42,334 nt of DNA, from assembly GCA_947303145.1 (NCBI GenBank), contig CAMYXB010000001.1, positions 1-42,334 on the forward strand, in the 5' to 3' direction. Origin of the DNA: an uncultured Clostridia bacterium. Its GTDB lineage: Bacteria; Bacillota; Clostridia; Christensenellales; UBA1242. Below are positions 1 through 9,630 of the stretch, piece after piece. Below the pieces are notes generated by a model. The model saw only the letters and a program-made list of their open reading frames with translations, had not been told where the DNA came from and did no database searches. Both the position numbers and the translations under genes were made by a program. Within the stretch, counting starts at the first letter, position 1, and every line of letters begins with the position of its first letter.

Positions 1-1424
<1,424 letters not shown>

Positions 1425-1743
1425 TATTAAGATCTATATCAAGTAAATTTCTAAAGTCAATAAGTCTTTATAAATTTAGATAATCCATAAGACAATAATC
1501 TTGTTATATAACTTGGCGTAATTGAATTCTAATAAAAATCGGTTAACGATTAAAATTGAAAATACATATTACTCGATTAAACAGAAAAACTATTATGAAA
1601 ATAATTTCTCGATTAAATCAGCGTTTCAAATAAAAAAATATTTGAACTCGATATTTGTCTAACTCTAATAAATTAATATGCAGTTGTGATGGAACTATTC
1701 TCACGCTATACGGCGTGGCCGTTCTTTCGCGAACGACAATGCA

Positions 1744-1772
1744 AGAATAACACAACGTGAAAATCGTGTCAA
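1744..1772 (-). promoter_or_regulatory. candidate sigmaA/sigma70-type promoter reading toward the 23S gene
   Basis: On the minus strand: TTGACA (1772-1767), 17 nt, TATTCT (1749-1744), about 320 nt upstream of the mature 23S 5' end. The -10 matches consensus at only 4 of 6 positions. Confidence 0.35.
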
Positions 1773-1920
1773 CAACTTTTTTCAAGTTTTTTTGAAAAAT
1801 TTCGACTTTTTAATTTTATTTTGTGAACACATCGCCAAGTGTTTCATATCTCAATATCCCTAAAACCCGCTTAAATACTGCATTTTCACAGATTTTACAA
1901 AATGACTAAAAAATGGATTA

Positions 1921-1950
1921 TTGACAAAAAAAAAATAAATATTATACAAT
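1921..1950 (+). promoter_or_regulatory. candidate sigmaA-type promoter for 1986..2552
   Basis: TTGACA (1921-1926) is followed by -10-like TATACA/TACAAT (1943-1950) at 16-18 nt. The spacer contains a run of ten A. A GGAG RBS sits at 1974-1977, 8 nt before the ATG. Confidence 0.5.
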
Positions 1951-1985
1951 GAACTTACATCATACAACGAAAAGGAGTATACATT

Positions 1986-2552
1986 ATGTTTGGAATTATT
2001 GATCCAGTAACAGGGTTCTCACCAGAAGAGGAAAAGGATTTTGAAGAATTTATATCAAAGCTATTCAATACTGACTTCAGTTTAGAAAATGATAAATACC
2101 TAGCAATTGAATCTACTACTAAACACTCTGGTCATGTTAAGTGTTTCTTCAGAATAAAAGAGGATTTCTATAGAATTGATAATTTAATTTTGAGGAAGGC
2201 CTTTCTTATAGATGAAAAAGACTACGATACGCTTTTCTTATTGCCGCTTAATGATAAGAATATAGGTGACATTAACGAAGATAATAAAATCATAAGTTTG
2301 AAAAATCGAACAGAACAGGATATGAAAAATGAATGGAACAAGTCTATAAACTTGACACTAGAATGGACATTGTTCAAAGGAGCAAAACACCCTGAACGCA
2401 TAGAAGAATATAAGAAGAATATCCAAAACAAAATGACTAGTCTAAGAAGAGAGGAGAGAAAAATCCAAGAAAGAATTAATGCCGAAAAGCAAAAACTGGA
2501 AATGCTCTCTGACTTGCAGACTGGCATGTCTCAAGAAGAAAAAACGCTATAA
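1986..2552 (+). CDS. hypothetical protein (188 aa); paralog of 3600..3992, with an extra K/E/R-rich, probably coiled-coil C-terminal tail
   Basis: ATG with a good RBS (AAAGGAG). It shares several motifs with 3600..3992: EEFISKLFNTDFSLENDKY vs EEFISKNFDVSFSFERNTY, LFLLPLN vs FELFPLN, and INLTLEWTLFKGAK vs INLSKEWMQFRKDKA. I recognise no known family. Confidence 0.75.
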   Translation: MFGIIDPVTGFSPEEEKDFEEFISKLFNTDFSLENDKYLAIESTTKHSGHVKCFFRIKEDFYRIDNLILRKAFLIDEKDYDTLFLLPLNDKNIGDINEDNKIISLKNRTEQDMKNEWNKSINLTLEWTLFKGAKHPERIEEYKKNIQNKMTSLRREERKIQERINAEKQKLEMLSDLQTGMSQEEKTL

Positions 2553-2623
2553 TTAGTGGATATATAATAGAATAGTATATAGATAACGTATAAAACACAC
2601 AGCATATTTTCAAAGAGGTAAGC

Positions 2624-3457
2624 ATGGGCAATATTCAAGTGAGCGATTCACTTAGAAAATTCGCAAGATTAAATACTCCTGGCATTCTTTTTGGAAAGCC
2701 CGCTAGAAGCGGTCTAGGCGGAAAAACTAAACACATAGAGAATGTCGTGCGTATTGGCATGAGGCTCCCCATGGATTGTCTAAATGCAGAACTTGTGCAA
2801 ATCGCACTGCAATTGCATGACATTGGAAGAAGCGAGCAATGGAATATTTGTAAGAATTTCAATGACAGAGAGATAAATCATCACCACATCGCTTTGCAGA
2901 TGGTGGAAAAGTTCATAAGAGACGAGAGGTGTGATGTGACGCCTGACTGGATTGTTGTCACTGAGGTCATGCAGTATCATGGAGACTTGCATATGTGGGG
3001 CTTTGCTCATGACTTCGCCCTCCCATATATTCAATTGGTGACACTGGCAGACAATCTCGAAAATGGGTGTAATGGTGCTTTGGGATATCTAGAAGATGAG
3101 AAGGAAAGAGACGACAAGCATTACATACAAGACAGCCCCAATAGAGATCAAAGAGACCTCAATCCTAAACTGCTAGATCATCTAGAACGTGGTGAGATAT
3201 TTAGCAAAATGGCACTCTGCCACACTTATGCAGAATATTTTGTTTTTGCCTCAGTGCTCGCTGTGAATGCTTGTATAAATAATATATCCGGTGAAATCGC
3301 AAAGGAAGCAATGCGAGACAAATGCTACTGCTATGAAGATGAGGGAAAAATTCATTGGCTTGATGCAGTGGAAGGTTATTGTCATATTTTTAAGAAACAT
3401 TTACATGAAAAAGACGCCGAAATCGCCTGCGGCATCATGCGTAAAAAGTGTAGATGA
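2624..3457 (+). CDS. HD/HDIG-domain metal-dependent phosphohydrolase (277 aa)
   Basis: It shows an H...HD...H...H...D pattern: KHIENVVRIG, then LQLHDIGRSEQ (HDIG signature), INHHHIALQ, MQYHGD and LADNLE. The RBS AAGAGG lies 5 nt before the ATG. Substrate is unknown. Confidence 0.8.
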   Translation: MGNIQVSDSLRKFARLNTPGILFGKPARSGLGGKTKHIENVVRIGMRLPMDCLNAELVQIALQLHDIGRSEQWNICKNFNDREINHHHIALQMVEKFIRDERCDVTPDWIVVTEVMQYHGDLHMWGFAHDFALPYIQLVTLADNLENGCNGALGYLEDEKERDDKHYIQDSPNRDQRDLNPKLLDHLERGEIFSKMALCHTYAEYFVFASVLAVNACINNISGEIAKEAMRDKCYCYEDEGKIHWLDAVEGYCHIFKKHLHEKDAEIACGIMRKKCR

Positions 3458-3545
3458 CGTCAATCCCTCATTTTTTACGTAGCCATTGACTGAAGTTGAT
3501 GTTTTTTTTTGATGAAAGGCATAATCTTCCCTTTCAACTTGAGTA

Positions 3546-3574
3546 TTGACATGAAATGGTGAATAATATATAAT
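3546..3574 (+). promoter_or_regulatory. near-consensus sigmaA promoter for 3600..3992
   Basis: TTGACA (3546-3551), exactly 17 nt, TATAAT (3569-3574), ending 26 nt before the ATG at 3600. Confidence 0.6.
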
Positions 3575-3599
3575 CGAATAAAAAAAGGAAAGCAAAAAA

Positions 3600-3992
3600 A
3601 TGGTAAAAAGTGGCAAATTCCATACAAGTGATATAGAGGAGTTTATATCAAAGAATTTCGATGTCTCTTTTTCTTTCGAAAGAAATACATATTCATATAA
3701 AGTGGACAATATAGAGGAATTCGTGGAGGATTCGTATGATTGGAATGACAAGTCTCTCTTTAGTTGCGTCAAGATAGTAGAGGGTTATTATGACCTGTTC
3801 ATAACAGAGTCCAACTTCGAGCTATTCCCACTCAATGTAGTAAGCATAAAAGAGGTGGGAGAGGGGGACAATAAGCACCTACTAATCACCGCCCACGAAG
3901 AAAAGGCCAACACCAATCCAGCAATAAATCTAAGCAAAGAGTGGATGCAATTTAGAAAAGACAAAGCAAGTCAAAGTAATATTTGGCTGTGA
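3600..3992 (+). CDS. hypothetical protein (130 aa); shorter paralog of 1986..2552
   Basis: ATG start with its own consensus promoter and motifs shared with 1986..2552 (see that feature). It ends in TGA followed immediately by TAG. Confidence 0.7.
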   Translation: MVKSGKFHTSDIEEFISKNFDVSFSFERNTYSYKVDNIEEFVEDSYDWNDKSLFSCVKIVEGYYDLFITESNFELFPLNVVSIKEVGEGDNKHLLITAHEEKANTNPAINLSKEWMQFRKDKASQSNIWL

Positions 3993-4103
3993 TAGAAAAT
4001 TATTGAGAAAAACAAATAGAATGAAACAAGTATAGTCGAAACGGAGATAAGATATACATATAGTTATAGACAAGACAACATAAGTTGAACTAAAAAAATA
4101 TAT

Positions 4104-4134
4104 GCCACAGGTCAACACCTTTGGCTATTTTTTA
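4104..4134 (+). terminator. rho-independent terminator after the small-protein/HDIG module
   Basis: Hairpin GCCACAGGT-CAAC-ACCTTTGGC (4104-4125; 8 of 9 positions pair, 4-nt loop) followed by TATTTTTTA. Confidence 0.6.
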
Positions 4135-4232
4135 TGTAAAAAATATAAAACACATATCATCATCTTCGTTGTAATGATTATATATATTCTCCATAGTATT
4201 TTTTATAGAAAAGGAAAATACATATATTATTA

Positions 4233-4823
4233 GTGAAAGAGATAGTGGACAGGCGAAGGGCGGCGGTGCGCCTTGGGGTGATAACATTTGTAGTGGGGGC
4301 GGGGGTGGTAGCCACATATTTGATTCTCCGCAGGGCGGGTGTGGTGAGCACTCTTGGCAATCTATCTGAACTCAAGAGAGCGATTGTCGGAGCGGGGGCG
4401 CTGTCTTATGCTCTATTTGCTCTGCTACAATTTCTGCAAGTGACACTCATTCCCTTGCCGTCCAGTGTGACCACTCTATGTGGGATACTGCTATTTGGTG
4501 CATTCAAGACTTTTGTCATCAGTCTATGTGCCATTCTGCTGGGAAGCGTGGTGGCATACATGGCGGGGAGAATGCTGGGGAAAAAGATTTTGCCATGGGC
4601 AGTGGGTAGCAAAAAGACAGAAGAACTCCAAGCCCTGCTTGGCAAGGGCCGAGTGGCATTCTTCCTGATGATGCTATTCCCCTTCTTCCCTGACGATATT
4701 CTCTGTCTTATGGCAGGGGTGAGCCGAATGGATTTCAAATTCTTCCTCATAACCAACATCATAACTAGGAGTGTGGGATTGGCGTTCTTTTGTTTCTTAT
4801 GCAATTCTCTTTCTTTAGGCTAA
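4233..4823 (+). CDS. TVP38/TMEM64 (SNARE-associated, DedA-related) family membrane protein
   Basis: Multi-pass hydrophobic protein with family-typical segments: FLQVTLIPLPSSVTTLCGILLFG, VAYMAGRMLGKKIL and FPFFPDDILCLMAGVSRM. The listed start is a GTG without a convincing RBS, so the start is uncertain (in-frame GTG also at 4245). Confidence 0.8.
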   Translation: MKEIVDRRRAAVRLGVITFVVGAGVVATYLILRRAGVVSTLGNLSELKRAIVGAGALSYALFALLQFLQVTLIPLPSSVTTLCGILLFGAFKTFVISLCAILLGSVVAYMAGRMLGKKILPWAVGSKKTEELQALLGKGRVAFFLMMLFPFFPDDILCLMAGVSRMDFKFFLITNIITRSVGLAFFCFLCNSLSLG

Positions 4824-4849
4824 AGAAAGAGAATACAGAAAGAAAGCAA

Positions 4850-4875
4850 GGGGGGATTTCGATTTCCCCCCTTTT
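4850..4875 (+). terminator. rho-independent terminator, possibly bidirectional in the convergent gap
   Basis: GGGGGGA (4850-4856) and TCCCCCC (4865-4871) form a stem with an 8-nt loop, followed by TTTT. On the minus strand the same hairpin is followed by the T-rich TTGCTTTCTTTC, so it may also end the pilus operon. Confidence 0.7.
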
Positions 4876-4890
4876 ACCCCCTTCAAACGA

Positions 4891-4911
4891 CCTACTTTTT
4901 ATAAAAGTAGG
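4891..4911. other. perfect 9-bp inverted repeat (possible second terminator hairpin)
   Basis: CCTACTTTT-TAT-AAAAGTAGG. There is no clean T-run on either side, so its function is uncertain. Confidence 0.3.
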
Positions 4912-5137
4912 CAAAAACTAGAGGAATTTGCACGCTGTGCACGCAAGAAATAAATTTTTATTTTGAGATATTACTTTTTTTTCACTCTTTGAATTATATA
5001 TTTCTATGTCGCACTGCAGCCGAGCAATAGCAAACGCCATGAATTGCGGAACAAAGTGGAGTCGAATGAGTCTAACTTCCATGTCACCCTAAGCGGAGTG
5101 AACGCAAGAAGAAATAGGCATATTCTCCCGTTCGCTT

Positions 5138-6793
5138 CTAACTCTCTTCGCCAAGAGATATGGCGGAGTATTCTTCTATAGATGTGATGCCAGATAGGAC
5201 GTATCTAAGACATGACTCACGCATTGACACCATGCCGTTTTTTATGGCAAGGGAGCGCAGGGCATCAATATTGACATTCTCTGTCTGCATACCCGCCTTG
5301 AAATTGCTGTCAAAATACAATATCTCATGCACAGCACATCTACCCTTATATCCTGTATTATTGCAATATGGACAGCCCACTTTTTCGTAAATCTTTGCTG
5401 GCTCATCTATCCCCAGCATTGCTTGCATGGCGGGGGTGGTGGTGATGGGCCTTTTGCAGTGAGGGCAGAGTTTTTTGACCAGTCTTTGCGATATAACTCC
5501 CACTAGGGCATCTGTGGCGAAATACTTGGGTATCCCCATATCTATCAGTCTAATGACAGCGCCCACAGCATCGTTGGTGTGCAGTGTAGACAGCACCATA
5601 TGACCTGTGATGGCCGACCTTGTGGCTATCTGTGCAGTCTCCTCGTCTCTTATCTCGCCCACCATGATGATGTCAGGGTCTTGACGGAGTATACTCCTTA
5701 GACTTGAGGCAAATGTGAGACCCGCCTTTCTATTCACTTGCAGTTGATTGACTCCTTTCATGTCATATTCCACAGGGTCTTCGATGGTGACAATATTCTT
5801 CTTGCCGTCATTGATTTCCCTCAAAAAAGCATAAAGCGTAGTGGTCTTGCCAGAGCCTGTGGGACCAGTGAGCAGTATTATTCCATGCGGGTGCTTCAAA
5901 ATCTTGAGGATAAGTTCGTATGCCTCAGTGGAGAACTCCAATTCCTTGAGGGAATAGGAGAAAATCTTGTTGTCTAGCACTCTTATGACGAACTTCTCTC
6001 CATGAATGGTGGGCAGAGTGGACACACGAAAATTGATGTCTTCTCCGCCAATATTGAGACTTATCCTCCCGTCTTGTGGAATCCTCTTCTCTGCTATATC
6101 TATGTCGGAGAGAATCTTCAGTCTGGCGCAAATCTCTGGATAAGACTCGATGGGAAAATGCGCCCACTCTATGAGGTCTCCATCTATCCTATATCTAATG
6201 GTGACACTCTCCTCTCCTGGCTCTATGTGAATATCGCTGGCATTGAGGGGAATGGACTCTCTAATGACAGAGTCCACGAACTTCACCGAAGGGGCGCTGG
6301 CGAGAGATATGTCGCTGTTCTCTTTATCCTTTTTCGAGTTTTGGACATTATTTGTAATATTCCTCAAAGCATCTTGTGTATTCACGCTGACGGAATATGA
6401 CTGCAGGAAATTCTCCAGCCTCTCTTCGTCCACCAATACATATTGCACATCGCCAGTGTGGAGCATATCAAGGGTGCTACGCATCTGCACATTCCTAGGG
6501 TTAGACGTAGCCACGATGAGGGTAGAGCCCACCTTCTCTATGGGGACGAATGAGTATTGTTTCATCAATTCCACAGAAAAGGTCTCGTCCACGTCTCTCG
6601 GAAGGGGAAGATAGTCTATATCTGCAAATGGCGTGATGTAATATTTAGATAAAATCTGCATAAGTTCTGCCTGAGTAAGAAGTCCACTATCTATGAGGGA
6701 CGACAAAGGAGATGACAAGTGCTCATTGTAGAAAGACTTGTCTATCCTATCCTCTTTTAGCAAAGTATCTAGTATATATTGCGTCTTATTCAT
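5138..6793 (-). CDS. pilB: type IV pilus assembly ATPase (PilB/GspE family)
   Basis: Walker A GPTGSGKTT, Walker B region DPDIIMVGEIRD, His box TGHMVLSTLHTND, and tetracysteine motif CPHC...CPYC. It has a long N-terminal GspE-N-like region, and at 551 aa it fits PilB rather than the short ComGA. Confidence 0.93.
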   Translation of the reverse strand: MNKTQYILDTLLKEDRIDKSFYNEHLSSPLSSLIDSGLLTQAELMQILSKYYITPFADIDYLPLPRDVDETFSVELMKQYSFVPIEKVGSTLIVATSNPRNVQMRSTLDMLHTGDVQYVLVDEERLENFLQSYSVSVNTQDALRNITNNVQNSKKDKENSDISLASAPSVKFVDSVIRESIPLNASDIHIEPGEESVTIRYRIDGDLIEWAHFPIESYPEICARLKILSDIDIAEKRIPQDGRISLNIGGEDINFRVSTLPTIHGEKFVIRVLDNKIFSYSLKELEFSTEAYELILKILKHPHGIILLTGPTGSGKTTTLYAFLREINDGKKNIVTIEDPVEYDMKGVNQLQVNRKAGLTFASSLRSILRQDPDIIMVGEIRDEETAQIATRSAITGHMVLSTLHTNDAVGAVIRLIDMGIPKYFATDALVGVISQRLVKKLCPHCKRPITTTPAMQAMLGIDEPAKIYEKVGCPYCNNTGYKGRCAVHEILYFDSNFKAGMQTENVNIDALRSLAIKNGMVSMRESCLRYVLSGITSIEEYSAISLGEES

Positions 6794-6808
6794 ATTATCA
6801 CCTATATT

Positions 6809-8020
6809 TTATGTCTTAATGGAAGTAATCATATTGAGAATGGGGCTATACATAGCGATAAACATCACTGCTATGGCCACTCCTAGGAGTGACAACACTG
6901 CTGGCTGGAGAATGGTGGTGATGAGGTTCATCGCTTTCTCCACCTCTTCATCAAAGTAGTCACTGGTAGACAGGAGCATCTTGTCCAGTTTGCCAGTCTT
7001 TTCGCCAACTAAGAGCATCTCAATCACCACTGGAGACAACTTCATCTCTATGCTCACAGCGCTGGATAGGGGCATACCCTTCTTGACATCGAGTATCACT
7101 CTATCAAATTGCCTCTCAAGATACTTATTGTCAATAATGGCTTTGATGGAGTTAAGCGAGGACACCATGTCTAGTCCACTGGATAATAGCAAGCCGAGAC
7201 TTTGCACGAAGTGGGATGTAAACAGCGCTATGTTGATTTTCTTAAAAATAGGGAGTGTCATCTTCATCTTATCTATAATATATCTGCCTCTTTTCGTCTT
7301 GGAAAATAGATAAATGGAGAATATCACTATAACAAGGGTGAGAAGAATGTATTGCCACGAGCCTCTCACAAACTCTGACATGCGAAAAAGAAACATGGTG
7401 AGCGGTGGCATATCTACGTCCATGACCGAAAATGATGAGATGAATGTGGGAATGACGAAGTGTAGCATAATGACCAGCACTGCTATCATCATTATAAACA
7501 ATATGACAGGATATGCCATGGCGGACTGGAATTTGGTCTTATTTTTCTTCTCTTTGGCATAATAGGTGGAGACGGAGTTTAGCACTTGGCTGAGTTCTCC
7601 AGATGTCTCACCTACATAGACCATGGAGGAATAGAATGCGGGAAAAACCTTGGGATACTTCTTCATAGATTGCGAGAGCATAAGTCCATTATATAGGTCC
7701 TCCAGCACTTGTCCCAATGTCTTCCTAAGTAGTGAGGAATAGGGTTGCTCCTTGAGTGTGGCGATGCTGTCTATTATGGATATTCCAGAGGATATGAGCA
7801 CAGCGAATTGACGTGAAAATGAGTTTAGTTCTGTAATACTCACTCTGCCAGATAGTGAGAAGAAAGTAGACGGAGCAGAAGTAGATGCCTTGCCTATCTT
7901 CAATACAAAGAGGTCATCTTTCATGAGAGCATTCTTGACATATTCTTCGCTCTCTGCTACGAATGTGCCACGAACCATCTTACCCGACAATGTTTTTGCG
8001 ACATATTTATACTTATTCAT
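6809..8020 (-). CDS. pilC: type IV pilus platform protein (PilC/GspF family)
   Basis: Polytopic protein with the duplicated GspF-type architecture and a typical N-terminus, MNKYKYVAKTLSGKMVRG. I place the start at the ATG at 8020, 4 nt after the pilD stop. The ORF-track start at 8050 is a TTG lying inside pilD. Confidence 0.9.
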   Translation of the reverse strand: MNKYKYVAKTLSGKMVRGTFVAESEEYVKNALMKDDLFVLKIGKASTSAPSTFFSLSGRVSITELNSFSRQFAVLISSGISIIDSIATLKEQPYSSLLRKTLGQVLEDLYNGLMLSQSMKKYPKVFPAFYSSMVYVGETSGELSQVLNSVSTYYAKEKKNKTKFQSAMAYPVILFIMMIAVLVIMLHFVIPTFISSFSVMDVDMPPLTMFLFRMSEFVRGSWQYILLTLVIVIFSIYLFSKTKRGRYIIDKMKMTLPIFKKINIALFTSHFVQSLGLLLSSGLDMVSSLNSIKAIIDNKYLERQFDRVILDVKKGMPLSSAVSIEMKLSPVVIEMLLVGEKTGKLDKMLLSTSDYFDEEVEKAMNLITTILQPAVLSLLGVAIAVMFIAMYSPILNMITSIKT

Positions 8021-8024
8021 TCTC

Positions 8025-8813
8025 TTAAAACAGGGAGAGATACCACTCAACTATGTATGAGCCAAACGCCATGCAAAATATGGCACAAGGCACTATAAAC
8101 GTGGCGAAGGGGAACTCTCTATCCCTACCTCCTTTCTTAAATATTGTGATGAGCGACAAGATAATGGCAGAAAGCATGCAAGATAGTATAATGGTGAGAA
8201 TGGTGCCTCCAAGTCCTAAAAACAGTCCCAAAACTGCCATAAGTTTGACATCTCCAAATCCAAGCCCCTGCTTGTGACGGATAAGATAGAATAAAAACGA
8301 GAATATCAAGAAAAATCCCCCACCGACTAAAAAGCCATACACTCTATCACTTGCATTGGGTATTCCTATGATGGACACGAGAGCTATGACAAGAAGAGTC
8401 ATCTGCAATTCGTCAGGAATCTCCATATTGTCTAAATCGCACATGAATATAGCCAGCATGGTGGAGAATGCAAGGCAAGATGTGACAAGAGACAGATAAT
8501 CTACACCATTTCTACTGAAAATGTATGGTGTATATAGGCAAAGAGCAAGGAAATATAACAGAGTGTTGGCTAGTTCCACCAATGGATACCTAGGAGAAAT
8601 CTTTTCCCCACAATGTCGACATCTGCCTCGCAATATTATATATGAAAGAATGGGGACATTGTCATAAATGGCAATGTGATGCTCACATTTAGGACAATGT
8701 GATGACGGGCGAGCAAGAGACTCGCCTCTAGGCAGTCTATATATGACTACATTGAGAAAACTGCCTATGCATAAGCCAAGGACCAATGTGATGATTATCG
8801 TAAATATTCCCAT
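8025..8813 (-). CDS. pilD: prepilin peptidase (A24 aspartyl peptidase, PilD/ComC family)
   Basis: GSFLNVVIYRLP, the zinc-type pairs CPKC...CRHC, RYPLVEL, and the catalytic-Asp contexts EIPDEL and FGDVKLMAVLG. Confidence 0.92.
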   Translation of the reverse strand: MGIFTIIITLVLGLCIGSFLNVVIYRLPRGESLARPSSHCPKCEHHIAIYDNVPILSYIILRGRCRHCGEKISPRYPLVELANTLLYFLALCLYTPYIFSRNGVDYLSLVTSCLAFSTMLAIFMCDLDNMEIPDELQMTLLVIALVSIIGIPNASDRVYGFLVGGGFFLIFSFLFYLIRHKQGLGFGDVKLMAVLGLFLGLGGTILTIILSCMLSAIILSLITIFKKGGRDREFPFATFIVPCAIFCMAFGSYIVEWYLSLF

Positions 8814-9253
8814 TATGCCACACCTCCCTCAAATCTCACTATCCCTGCCAGATAATGAGCAGTCTGTCCACCGATATCTCTACTCTCTATCCATATATCC
8901 TCGCTCTGCTGTGCCACAAGTTTATGTGTATCAAAGTCGTAAATAATGTAAAAATATATGTTGTTCAATGTTATAGTCTGCGACTTGCTACAGACAAGTG
9001 CCTTTTGACTGATGCTGTCCTCACTCGTGACTATGAGGAAGTGATAGTCATATTCGCCATCAATCTCTCCATTATCTATGAAATCTTGCTTGGCGGAAAG
9101 TAAAAGAGCCGACTTGTGTATATGTGCCTCGCTGATGCGAGAGGAGAGGGAAAAGGATATGACTAGCGAGAAAATAAGTGCCGACAAAAGAATGACCACG
9201 CTCATGGCCGTCATTGCAGACAATATGGCTACTCCTTTCCTCTTATCTCTCAT
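8813..9253 (-). CDS. minor pilin-like protein lacking Glu+5
   Basis: N-terminus MRDKRKG/VAILSAMTAMSVVILL has a basic leader, a Gly, then a hydrophobic helix, but no F+1 or E+5. It has an ATGA overlap with the upstream gene and a TAATG overlap with pilD. Confidence 0.6.
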   Translation of the reverse strand: MRDKRKGVAILSAMTAMSVVILLSALIFSLVISFSLSSRISEAHIHKSALLLSAKQDFIDNGEIDGEYDYHFLIVTSEDSISQKALVCSKSQTITLNNIYFYIIYDFDTHKLVAQQSEDIWIESRDIGGQTAHYLAGIVRFEGGVA

Positions 9254-9630
9254 CTCTCCACCCTATAAGTATATATCGGCCTACTACCTAGGCACCTTAT
9301 CTCGAAATAACTTAACTCAAAATCTAATTCCACTCTGTAAAAAGCCTCCTCCTCGCCAGATTTAGCATAATCTTTGGAATAAAATATGGTGGCGTCTGTG
9401 CCATAGGTGAAGTCCTCACCTGTCAACAAGTGCATGGCATCGCCATATCCCGTCTCGCCAAGGTGATATGCGAGAAGATAGTTCTCGCTCTCCAGCATAA
9501 AGAAACTCTCCGCCCTTGCCACATCGTTTCTCCTCGAGGCAAAAGACAGTGTGGAGAACATGGCGACAGACACAATGGATATGACAGCCATGGCTATCAC
9601 TACCTCAAGCAGAGTAAATCCCCTCCTCAT
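9250..9630 (-). CDS. minor (pseudo)pilin with canonical class III signal
   Basis: MRRG/FTLLEVVIAMAVISIV (G-1, F+1, E+5). I prefer the ATG at 9630 because it forms an ATGA overlap with the upstream stop, like the other junctions. The track start at 9642 is a GTG. Confidence 0.8.
   Translation of the reverse strand: MRRGFTLLEVVIAMAVISIVSVAMFSTLSFASRRNDVARAESFFMLESENYLLAYHLGETGYGDAMHLLTGEDFTYGTDATIFYSKDYAKSGEEEAFYRVELDFELSYFEIRCLGSRPIYTYRVER

Noticed and set aside
1425-1985. Search for a 16S 3' end, a tRNA (GGTTCGAATCC-type T-arm on either strand) or a 5S gene upstream of the 23S gene.
   Set aside because: None seen by eye. The region is AT-rich with only promoter-like elements and short direct repeats. 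This should be confirmed with covariance models.
1986-3992. Idea that the two small paralogs are immunity proteins for a toxin domain at the C-terminus of the giant protein.
   Set aside because: They are about 10 kb away on the opposite strand, separated by the pilus operon and recR, whereas immunity genes normally lie immediately downstream of the toxin. No toxin fold is established for the C-terminal domain.
2624-3998. Possible genetic code 4 (TGA=Trp), prompted by low GC, the Mollicutes-like feel of the gene content, and the TGA-TAG double stop at 3990-3995.
   Set aside because: The 9,606-codon ORF and all pilus genes contain many TGG Trp codons and no in-frame TGA. Reading through the TGA at 3455 only adds a short tail with further TGAs. 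The standard code (table 11) fits.
4132-4375. Minus-strand ORFs with a PPPPP tract upstream of and over the TVP38-family gene start.
   Set aside because: They are antisense to the GC-rich 5' end (GGx/GCx codons) of the plus-strand membrane protein gene and have no independent support.
4912-5137. Non-coding stretch downstream of pilB (4912-5137) with short GC-richer segments, considered as a possible small RNA or tRNA-like element.
   Set aside because: I could find no cloverleaf, conserved RNA motif or convincing stable structure. It is most simply the 3' UTR of the pilus operon.
5160-8277. Plus-strand ORFs overlapping pilB, pilC and pilD (for example 6002..6400, 6243..6614, 6981..7313, 7314..7562).
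   Set aside because: They lie antisense to genes with unmistakable conserved motifs. They have no start context and low-complexity or odd composition.
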